Part shown: positions 19,385 through 26,736 of the stretch, in pieces
Layout: each line of letters starts with the position of its first letter
How positions within the stretch are numbered: the first letter of the stretch is position 1
Source: a virus
Taxonomy: Duplodnaviria > Caudoviricetes
Virus record (IMG/VR): IMGVR_UViG_3300037423_001837
Location: 1-34,317 of that record
Length of the DNA: 34,317 nucleotides
Reading direction: 5' to 3' (one strand)
Translations under genes and position numbers: made by a program
The notes under the pieces: model-generated
The model's database searches: none
Told to the model about the DNA's origin: nothing
The model's input: only the letters and a program-made list of their open reading frames with translations

Positions 19385-19942
19385 ATGCCTAACCCAAGCC
19401 AAGTTATGCTGGGAGACCGCAACCGTCTGAGAGATGACATCGCCAACGAAGTGTTCGGCGGCATCATCGCGAATGAGGGCGACACCATAGCCGTTTCACT
19501 CGGGATTGCTGAGGCGGTTATGGCGATATTGGAGCGGCGTTTCGCCCAAGCCCCATCTTCTGACGGAAGCGCGGCGGTCGATGCCTTGGAGCGCATCGCC
19601 GGCATGACTCCGCCCCACGGGCTTGAGGGCAGCATGACACCTAACCCACATCGAGAAGCAGGGGCGCAGTTCACTCCGGGGCCGTGGGAATGGTGGGACG
19701 ACGGTGAGAGCCTTGTGCGCATCACGGAAGCGTCAGAGCAGAAACTAGTCTGCAAAACGGTATTGCCAAGCAACGCCCGCCTGATCGCCGCGGCTCCTTC
19801 GCTTTATGAGGCGCTGGAGGCGTTCGTCGATAAAATCGACCATGCGTGCCTCGTTGAGCATGATTGCCGCGACAGCCACTTGGCGGATGAATTGCGTTCG
19901 GCGCTAGCCGCCCTCGCCAAAGCTCGCGGAGAATCAGCATGA
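19385..19942 (+). CDS. Phage hypothetical protein with a C-terminal TPGPW...NARLIAAAP module
   Basis: 185 aa from ATG 19385 (CGAAAGGAAG RBS); possible internal start near 19634. Confidence 0.7.
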   Translation: MPNPSQVMLGDRNRLRDDIANEVFGGIIANEGDTIAVSLGIAEAVMAILERRFAQAPSSDGSAAVDALERIAGMTPPHGLEGSMTPNPHREAGAQFTPGPWEWWDDGESLVRITEASEQKLVCKTVLPSNARLIAAAPSLYEALEAFVDKIDHACLVEHDCRDSHLADELRSALAALAKARGESA

Positions 19943-20136
19943 CAAACCAAGAAGCAGGGGCAGCGCTGCCTATTGTGCAGACGCTTCGTGTTGCGCCGTT
20001 TCCGGCAGCGAGGGAGGCCGCCGACACAATCGAAGAGCTTGTGGATATGCTTAAATTCGCACTCCAGTGGACTTGGGGCATCGACAATCGCCAACGCATT
20101 CGCGCCCTCCTCGCCAAGCTCGAAGGTGACGCATGA
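19939..20136 (+). CDS. Hypothetical protein
   Basis: 65 aa; ATGA-coupled on both sides. Confidence 0.6.
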   Translation: MTNQEAGAALPIVQTLRVAPFPAAREAADTIEELVDMLKFALQWTWGIDNRQRIRALLAKLEGDA

Positions 20137-20360
20137 GCGCAACCATCGTTCACGAGATGCGTGCCCAGCTAGCCAATTACGACTACCTGCTGCCGGGCGA
20201 TTTCATTCCTGATCCGCCGCTGCGGAAGCGCTGGTTTCGCTGGCGACCGGCGTTCGAGATCACCCAGGACATGATCGTGTGGGCCGGTGAGATTGCCCGC
20301 GCTCGCAGCCTTATGGACCTGGAACAAGCCGCTGAGATGATTGAAGAGGATGCATCATGA
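20133..20360 (+). CDS. Hypothetical protein
   Basis: 75 aa; ATGA-coupled. Confidence 0.6.
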   Translation: MSATIVHEMRAQLANYDYLLPGDFIPDPPLRKRWFRWRPAFEITQDMIVWAGEIARARSLMDLEQAAEMIEEDAS

Positions 20361-20671
20361 CAACAGGTGTGCGGGCGTGCGCGACATGCGACAGCACCGA
20401 CAATCTGCAAGAAAGCCACGGACACGGCGGTTTAAACGACGTGTGCCTCGGCTGTTTCTACATCTGGTACGACGGTCCGACCGAGAGCTATTTCGACGCC
20501 GAGCGCCGCCACATGATGACCAGCGGCGAGAGTATGCGCCGCGCCTCTCTGCTCGCTAAGACTAACGCGACATGGCCCTACAATGGCAGCCAACTGCCTG
20601 TGCCAACTGAGGCAGAACGCAAGCGAGCTTTGGACGCGTTATCGGTCGAAGCCCAAGGACTCAACCCATGA
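20357..20671 (+). CDS. Zn-finger-like hypothetical protein
   Basis: 104 aa; CATC...CLGC; ATGA-coupled. Confidence 0.6.
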   Translation: MTTGVRACATCDSTDNLQESHGHGGLNDVCLGCFYIWYDGPTESYFDAERRHMMTSGESMRRASLLAKTNATWPYNGSQLPVPTEAERKRALDALSVEAQGLNP

Positions 20672-21099
20672 CTGAGATGCGGGATAAGATCGCGCGGGCG
20701 ATTGACGATGCGCTGCCGGAGTCGGACCGGCTAACGCTTGCTCCTTCGCAGATCAGACGAGCAGCCGACGCCGTTCTCGCACTCATCGGACCTGTGATGG
20801 AGGAGAACGAGCGGCTTCGATCTTTAGTGCGAAAGCACGTTACATTCGCCGGGCGGAAGTTTCCCGAGAGCGTAGCTGAAGAAGCCCGCGCCGCCCTTTC
20901 CCCGAAAAGCGAGACCTTACTCGAAATTCAACAAGCTGGAGCGAACGCCAAGGCTCTGGGCGCGTCGATATTCGATAACCCCTATCTCAAGTCCGACGCA
21001 TTGCCTGCCAACAGTGGCGACACTCCCGAACAGTGGGAAGCAAAACGGCTCAATTGGGAAATCGGCTACCGCGCCGAGGAGTTGATGCGGGATGGATAA
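20668..21099 (+). CDS. Hypothetical protein with a C-terminal GxxA...NPY...W.xG motif
   Basis: 143 aa; QQAGANAKALGASIFDNPY...WEIGY resembles Rmf/CrpP-fold phage proteins. Confidence 0.6.
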   Translation: MTEMRDKIARAIDDALPESDRLTLAPSQIRRAADAVLALIGPVMEENERLRSLVRKHVTFAGRKFPESVAEEARAALSPKSETLLEIQQAGANAKALGASIFDNPYLKSDALPANSGDTPEQWEAKRLNWEIGYRAEELMRDG

Positions 21100-21439
21100 G
21101 TTGGAGCTTGCTGAGCGGTGCGAGAAGGCGACGGGCGAGGATTTAGAACTCGACTTGGCGATCGGCGATGCGGTCGGTACATGGCCTGCTAAACCGAACA
21201 CCTTCAAGTTTCCTCGGCGTTATTCGCGCTCACTCGACGCCGCTATGACGCTGGTGCCTGAGGGGTTGATATGGGCCGTCACTAACTGTGGAGCAGAGGA
21301 TCGACTTATTCCTGATATGAGCGTTGCCAGCGCTGTTGTCGGAAAGGCGGACGACCCCAGCAAACCGTCCGTGGCAGCAACCCCCGCCCTCGCTCTCTGC
21401 GCCGCCGCCCTAAGAGCACGAGAAGGAGGGAAGTCGTGA
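21092..21439 (+). CDS. Phage ABA-sandwich-like hypothetical protein
   Basis: 115 aa; YSRSLDAAMTLVP...ATPALALCAAALRA motif. Confidence 0.7.
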   Translation: MDKLELAERCEKATGEDLELDLAIGDAVGTWPAKPNTFKFPRRYSRSLDAAMTLVPEGLIWAVTNCGAEDRLIPDMSVASAVVGKADDPSKPSVAATPALALCAAALRAREGGKS

Positions 21440-21588
21440 GCGACCAGAGGCCGAAGTGCAAATACTGCGGGAAACGGCGAACCGGCTTTGATTATCTCTG
21501 CGACGAGAATTTTGTAGGCGTCGATGTAGCCGCTTACAATCAGACCAAGTGCCCGAATTTCCACAATGCCCTGAAGGGAAGTTCGTAA
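21436..21588 (+). CDS. 50-aa Cys-rich protein
   Basis: Hand-translated MSDQRPKCKYCGKRRTGFDYLCDENFVGVDVAAYNQTKCPNFHNALKGSS; GTGA and TAATG overlaps; GGAGG RBS. Confidence 0.6.
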   Translation: MSDQRPKCKYCGKRRTGFDYLCDENFVGVDVAAYNQTKCPNFHNALKGSS

Positions 21589-21875
21589 TGGGTGAGGTTG
21601 AGCTGAAGCAGGGGTGGATTTTAAGAACGGAATCGCTCGATGAAGAGGTGCAGGAGCGCGCATTTGGCACTAAGGATGAGGCAATCGACTTCGCCGTGGT
21701 ATGGTTCGTTTCGAGCTACGACCCCGATACCAACGAGACGATGCGCGGCCACGTTCCTCATGGGCTCGCCGAAGATGTGCTTCAGCTGATTGAAGATCTG
21801 AGGAACGGTAGGGAGTTTCGCTGTTCGAACTTCTACGAGACAGCCTCTGTTTTCGAACCACCAGCCAAGCCCTGA
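21588..21875 (+). CDS. Hypothetical protein
   Basis: 95 aa from the ATG overlapping the previous TAA; last gene of the early operon. Confidence 0.6.
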   Translation: MGEVELKQGWILRTESLDEEVQERAFGTKDEAIDFAVVWFVSSYDPDTNETMRGHVPHGLAEDVLQLIEDLRNGREFRCSNFYETASVFEPPAKP

Positions 21876-21941
21876 AGAACGACTAGGGGATCGGCACCAG
21901 CTGATGCGTCGGGAAGTCCGTGTTAGGATAATGATCGGCCT

Positions 21942-23258
21942 TCAGGGGATTGGCACCAACCTATGCTTCGGCCAACCTCCTGGCGGTACACTCATTCCCT
22001 TGATCTGATAGCCGTCGCCCAAATCGCCGCTTGCACAGCTCCGGTGCCCATCGATGCAATTGGCCGTCCACCGCGCCTTGATAACCGGGTTCCAGCCTTC
22101 CCAATAATCGGCGTGCCAGCATTTGAAGCCATCCTCTCCCGGCATCGTGCAGGAGAGCACCCACTTGCCAGCGACGAAGTTGACGTCTGACGTGAAGTGA
22201 TGCTGGCGCTGAAGGCTGGGAATTTTGTAGGGGTGAGTTGTCGGGCAAGCGCGCTGTCCCGCCACCGCGACATAAGGACCGGTCGAATAGGCCATGTGCG
22301 ATCGGTTGTCCGCACTGTCGAGCCGTTTGCCGTCCCAGCAATCCGGCGAGATCGTGATGACCACGACTTGGGCCCCTACAGGGCAACCAGCCTTCACCAG
22401 CTCACCCATCGAGTGATATTGCGCTCCGGTCGGCGATGCGACTGAGCCGTCCTCCGCGCCCCAGCACTGGATATACATATTCCAATAGTCAGGCGAGTTT
22501 ACGTCGCTGGTGCCGCCCGTGCCGTTCTTGATGTTGTAGCCGGTGAGATAGCGGATGCCGTTGGGCAGGCCGACGCAGAAGCCTAGGTGTGTATCGTCAG
22601 GAGGACCATTGCACTCTGGCGTGCTTGCCGGCTCGCGCTTGTAATAGACGTTATCGTAATCCTCGAGAACCACACTCCCGGCCCCATCGAGCATGGCCGG
22701 GTTCCAATATTCGGAGCGATTTACCGGGTTGGCGGGATCGCCGCAATTGGTTCCTCCGGTGGTTCTGATCGAGACGTAATTCTGCGAGGCGTTGAAGCTC
22801 GTGTTGCCGTGTTCGTCGTGAAGGTGAGACGCACCCGGCTGACCCGGAAAGACGATCGGGTCGTCACGCTTCAGCACCGCACCGCCACCGCAATTGAAGC
22901 GAAAGGCACCTACAGGATCGGCGGCCGCCGGAGCGACGCCTCCGCGCCCGAGTGGCCCATACCATGTCTGTTCGACCGCAGCTGCAGGATCGGTTCCGTC
23001 CGCGGCGATGTCGAACTCGCCCTTGAGACCGTTTGGCGCCAGCACGTCCGTTCCCGCCACAGGCGGCGGTATCGGCATGGGTTCGGGCGCGGGGGCGGGA
23101 GCGGGAGGGGGCGTTGGTGCCGGCGCCGGCGTTGCAACCCGGATGCAGCGGTTGCCCTGGCGTACATAGCCCGTGCCGCAGCGGATCGGCGCTGCGCTCG
23201 CCTCAGATGCAAGTGCCAGTGCCGCGATGCCTGTCGTCAGTGCGATGAAATGCCTCAT
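21942..23258 (-). CDS. Secreted DUF1996-domain protein (copy A)
   Basis: 438 aa from MRHFIALTTGIAALALASEASA (signal peptide; AGGAGG RBS), Pro/Ala linker, then GAFRFNC, DDPIVFPGQPGASHLH, NRSEYWNP, CWDG, CPTTHP and HADYWEGW motifs. Confidence 0.85.
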   Translation of the reverse strand: MRHFIALTTGIAALALASEASAAPIRCGTGYVRQGNRCIRVATPAPAPTPPPAPAPAPEPMPIPPPVAGTDVLAPNGLKGEFDIAADGTDPAAAVEQTWYGPLGRGGVAPAAADPVGAFRFNCGGGAVLKRDDPIVFPGQPGASHLHDEHGNTSFNASQNYVSIRTTGGTNCGDPANPVNRSEYWNPAMLDGAGSVVLEDYDNVYYKREPASTPECNGPPDDTHLGFCVGLPNGIRYLTGYNIKNGTGGTSDVNSPDYWNMYIQCWGAEDGSVASPTGAQYHSMGELVKAGCPVGAQVVVITISPDCWDGKRLDSADNRSHMAYSTGPYVAVAGQRACPTTHPYKIPSLQRQHHFTSDVNFVAGKWVLSCTMPGEDGFKCWHADYWEGWNPVIKARWTANCIDGHRSCASGDLGDGYQIKGMSVPPGGWPKHRLVPIP

Positions 23259-23297
23259 TGGAGCCTCCTGCCGGACGTGCAGCTTACTCCAAGCACA

Positions 23298-23326
23298 TTG
23301 ACGGCGCCACCCGCACACAGTAAACG
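23298..23326 (+). promoter_or_regulatory. Putative sigma70-like promoter of the fibre/DUF1996 operon
   Basis: TTGACG-N17-TAAACG. Confidence 0.45.
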
Positions 23327-23332
23327 CCATCT

Positions 23333-23510
23333 TTGGAGATAGGCCCGCTCCTCGCGATCCTTCTTCCTTTCGGGACACTGCCCGGTTCCATGACGGCGCC
23401 GGGCAGTGTTTCGATGAAGCGGCGTTCCCGATCCGGTTTTGGGTGTTTCCCCTCGTTCGCACAAGGCGAAGCATCCGGCGCCGAACTTGACGGAGCGCCG
23501 CTTCTCCCAT
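23333..23510 (+). ncRNA. Candidate structured leader RNA or sRNA
   Basis: 15-bp stem 23371-23385/23399-23413 and 13-bp stem 23416-23428/23492-23504 enclosing sub-hairpins; the non-Watson-Crick pairs are G-U on the plus strand. Confidence 0.45.
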
Positions 23511-23546
23511 ACCCTTTGACGCCATCATTCTCTTCGGGATCGCACG

Positions 23547-23693
23547 ATGGCCCAGACTTTCGGATTTGGCGGCTCGAAGCGTAAAAGCCGGCCTCCAGCA
23601 GACCCTTACAGCGGAACGGTCGTCGACCTGGCGTTGCTGCTCATCGGCGGCATCAGCGTTGAAATAAGCGGTGTTCCCGTGGCGATCAGCTGA
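23547..23693 (+). CDS. 48-aa hypothetical protein
   Basis: Hand-translated MAQTFGFGGSKRKSRPPADPYSGTVVDLALLLIGGISVEISGVPVAIS; TGATG-coupled to the next gene. Confidence 0.55.
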   Translation: MAQTFGFGGSKRKSRPPADPYSGTVVDLALLLIGGISVEISGVPVAIS

Positions 23694-24748
23694 TGGCTGA
23701 GCTGCTCAGCGCAACATCGGCTTCAACACTCACCGGAACCGAGCTGGTTCCGGTTTCGCAAAGCGGTTTCAAGGCCGCTACCACACAGCAGTTCAAGGAT
23801 TTTTGTGCTTCCGCGCTGTTCAGCTCGAGCACTGCCGGCATCGTTCCCGCATCGGGCGGCGGGGCGACCAACTTCCTCCGCGCTGACGGGACATGGGCCG
23901 CACCACCTGGCGGTGGAGGCGGGGCGTGGGGCTCGATCACTGGCACACTCGCCTCGCAAACCGATCTTCAGGCAGCGCTCGACGCCAAGCAGGCAGCGGG
24001 GTCGTACCTCACCGGCAACCAGACGGTCACGCTGTCCGGCGATGCTTCCGGTTCGGGCGCGACGGCGATCACCGTCACAGTGGGAAAGATCAACGGCACT
24101 GCCTTGTCCGGGCTGGCGACGGGTATCCTCAAGAACACCACGGGCACCGGCGTTCCGTCGATCGCTGTTGCTGCCGATTTCCCGACGCTCAACCAGAACA
24201 CCACCGGCAGCGCCGCAACGCTGACCGCGAGCCGCAACTTCTCCATCTCGGGCGGTGGGATCACCGCCGCAGCGGTGGCGTTCAACGGTTCCGCTGATGT
24301 GGTTCTTAGCTCGTCAGTGGACGCCGGGCACATCACGCTTGCCCGAATGGCGAACGTCGCCACTGGCACCGTGTTCTACCGCAAGACGGCTGGCACTGGT
24401 GTGCCCGAAGTCCAGACCCTCGCCACGCTCAAAACCGATCTCGGCCTGACCGGCACCAACAGCGGCGATCAGACCATCACCCTGACCAGCGACGTCACCG
24501 GCTCGGGCACTGGATCGTTCGCGACGACCATCGCGGCTGGCGCTGTTACGCTCGCCAAGATGGCGAACCTTGCCGCCAACAGCATCATCGGCAACAACAC
24601 CGGCTCATCGGCAACGCCGATCGCGCTCACCGTTGCTCAGGTCAAGACGCTGCTTGGCATGGGCACGGCCGCGGCGCTCAACATGGCGGTCGGCACGACC
24701 GCGCCCTCGAGCCCATCGGTAAACGATTTGTGGGTTGACACGAACTAA
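23693..24748 (+). CDS. Fibre-shaft-like protein (tail/head fibre)
   Basis: 351 aa, Thr/Gly/Ala-rich. FLRADGTW, WGSITGTL, repeated (TGNQTVTLSGDASGSG / SGDQTITLTSDVTGSG) and (ITLARMAN / VTLAKMAN) units; ends GTTAPSSPSVNDLWVDT. Confidence 0.7.
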   Translation: MAELLSATSASTLTGTELVPVSQSGFKAATTQQFKDFCASALFSSSTAGIVPASGGGATNFLRADGTWAAPPGGGGGAWGSITGTLASQTDLQAALDAKQAAGSYLTGNQTVTLSGDASGSGATAITVTVGKINGTALSGLATGILKNTTGTGVPSIAVAADFPTLNQNTTGSAATLTASRNFSISGGGITAAAVAFNGSADVVLSSSVDAGHITLARMANVATGTVFYRKTAGTGVPEVQTLATLKTDLGLTGTNSGDQTITLTSDVTGSGTGSFATTIAAGAVTLAKMANLAANSIIGNNTGSSATPIALTVAQVKTLLGMGTAAALNMAVGTTAPSSPSVNDLWVDTN

Positions 24749-24760
24749 AGGATTTTCAGC

Positions 24761-25327
24761 ATGGCCGACAATGGGCAATTCTTTCTCGACACCAAGACAC
24801 CGTTCCTGAACGCGGACCCTTCGGCGGTCACGCTTTCGACAACCTACAAGGCGCTGGTTCCTGCGGCCTCGCTGCCCCCGCTCGGTTCAAACTATTTCGG
24901 CTATGTCGGCAAGTCGGTCAAAATCTGGGCGTTCGGGCGCATCACGACCGCGGCAACACCGGGCAATATCCAGCTCGGTATCCTCTACGGAACAGGCGCC
25001 GACGCAAACGGCACGACGATCGTGCAGAGCGGCACCGTGGCCCTCGTGGCGTCACAGACCAACCTCAGCTGGTCCCTGGACGTCGATATTGTCTGCCGTT
25101 CGATCGGCTCGGCGGGAACCCTGCTGGGGCTTGGCGAAGCGCATTTCAACGTTGGCGTAATTGCTTCGACCAACCAGCCCCTGATGCTCCCAGCTTCGGC
25201 TCCTGCCGTCTCGGCCGGCGTTGATCTGACTTCGGCGACGAGCCTCCTCAGCCTTCAGGCGCTGCGCTCTGGCTCTACCGCTGAGACGATGCAGGTCCAC
25301 GGCTTCAAGATGTTTGCGCTGAACTAA
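24761..25327 (+). CDS. Putative structural beta-sandwich protein
   Basis: 188 aa, beta-strand-rich, no signal peptide; lies within the fibre operon. Confidence 0.55.
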   Translation: MADNGQFFLDTKTPFLNADPSAVTLSTTYKALVPAASLPPLGSNYFGYVGKSVKIWAFGRITTAATPGNIQLGILYGTGADANGTTIVQSGTVALVASQTNLSWSLDVDIVCRSIGSAGTLLGLGEAHFNVGVIASTNQPLMLPASAPAVSAGVDLTSATSLLSLQALRSGSTAETMQVHGFKMFALN

Positions 25328-26736
25328 TGCCGGTAAGGCTCATCGCTCGACAACCGCTGCGGTGCGCCAGCGGCGGGTGGATGGTCGATAAGGGCCCGCG
25401 TCCTGTTTACGCCGCGTCAATTCCAACATCGTGGCGCACCGCGCTTCTGAAGGAATGGGACGGCGCAGCATGGACAGTGAAGCCGCTCAAGGTCTGGAAC
25501 GGTGCGGCGTGGGTCACGAAGCCGCTCAAGTTCTTCTCTTCCGCACTCATCAATCTGCGCGCTCCCAACGCCCCCTCCGGCGCCGCGATCATCGGACAGA
25601 CGCTCTTCGCCAACGACATGGGTGACTGGTCGAGCACGCCCGATTCATTCAGTGTCGACTGGTACGACGACAATGGCGCGATCGTCGGCGCGACAGGGCA
25701 GGACTTCTACACGATCCAGGACGCGGAGCTTACCCAGCACATCTACTATCGTGTCACGGCTACGCTCGGCGCTCAGAATGTGACGGCGATGTCGGCCGGA
25801 ACGGTTTCGGTCGCGGATATCGATCTTTCTGCCGACACGCCGGTCCTCACCCGCACTTCAGCGTCCGGGGCCACACCCTACACGGTGGACACCGCGCTCG
25901 GAGCATACACCTTCGCCGGCTACTATTTGCAGCGCGAGATAGCCACCACCAACGGGTTCGGGACCGATCTCTACAACGGGCAAATCCAGCTTACCGAAGC
26001 CATGCTCCAGTCGCCCTACACGATTGACTGGGCGAACGATGGCAACCCGCCCTACGTCGAGCCTAACCACGCCACATATCCGCAATATTGGGAGCGCCAG
26101 CGGGTCATTGCGATCAGCCCGTCAGGGGTTTCCTATTATTCGAACTGGTCAACGCCTGTCTCGAAAACCGATGCGGTCGCTCCGGTCGTGCTCAACGCTT
26201 CGGACAAGACCTCGGGGATCACGCTTTCGAACGGAGCCCTTACGGCGACAGGTGGCGGTTCGACCATCGACGGTGTTCGGGCTACGCGCGGAATTTCTAC
26301 CGGCAAGGGCTATTGGGAAGTCAATGTCGATCTGAAGGCTGGTGGCGGCTTCCGCATCGGTGCCGCCGACACAACGCAGAGCTTTACGTCATGGTGGGGT
26401 GACAGCGCCAGCGATCTTCACGGCTTCTGCTGGGATAATGGCGGCACTATCGACGGATATTCGAGCTATCCATCTGGCGGGGCGTGGACGACAGGTGACC
26501 GTCTCGACTTCGCGGCTGACGGCACGGCGCGAAAGGTCTGGATGCGCAAGAACGGCGGGACGTGGATGCCGAGCGGCGATCCTGCTGCGGGCACCGGGGG
26601 CTTGAGCATCAGCGGCATCACCGGGGACATTCTCCCTGGGATGCAGTCGCAATTCAGCACCACCAACGCGGCGACATTCCACTTTGATTCTGCCTCTTTC
26701 GTTGGAACGCCGCCATCAGGATATTCAGCGCTATGA
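25327..26736 (+). CDS. Receptor-binding-like protein: WxGxxW repeats, Ig-like domains, C-terminal SPRY/concanavalin-like domain
   Basis: 469 aa. WDGAAW..KPLKVWNGAAW; GQTL...GDW...VDWY Ig-like pattern; LSNGALTAT...VRATRG..TGKGYWEV...KVWMRKNGGTW SPRY pattern. Confidence 0.7.
   Translation: MPVRLIARQPLRCASGGWMVDKGPRPVYAASIPTSWRTALLKEWDGAAWTVKPLKVWNGAAWVTKPLKFFSSALINLRAPNAPSGAAIIGQTLFANDMGDWSSTPDSFSVDWYDDNGAIVGATGQDFYTIQDAELTQHIYYRVTATLGAQNVTAMSAGTVSVADIDLSADTPVLTRTSASGATPYTVDTALGAYTFAGYYLQREIATTNGFGTDLYNGQIQLTEAMLQSPYTIDWANDGNPPYVEPNHATYPQYWERQRVIAISPSGVSYYSNWSTPVSKTDAVAPVVLNASDKTSGITLSNGALTATGGGSTIDGVRATRGISTGKGYWEVNVDLKAGGGFRIGAADTTQSFTSWWGDSASDLHGFCWDNGGTIDGYSSYPSGGAWTTGDRLDFAADGTARKVWMRKNGGTWMPSGDPAAGTGGLSISGITGDILPGMQSQFSTTNAATFHFDSASFVGTPPSGYSAL

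Noticed and set aside
23259-23528. 90-aa N-terminal extension of DUF1996 copy A (528-aa track ORF)
   Set aside because: The signal peptide and AGGAGG RBS point to ATG 23258; the extension crosses the structured region.
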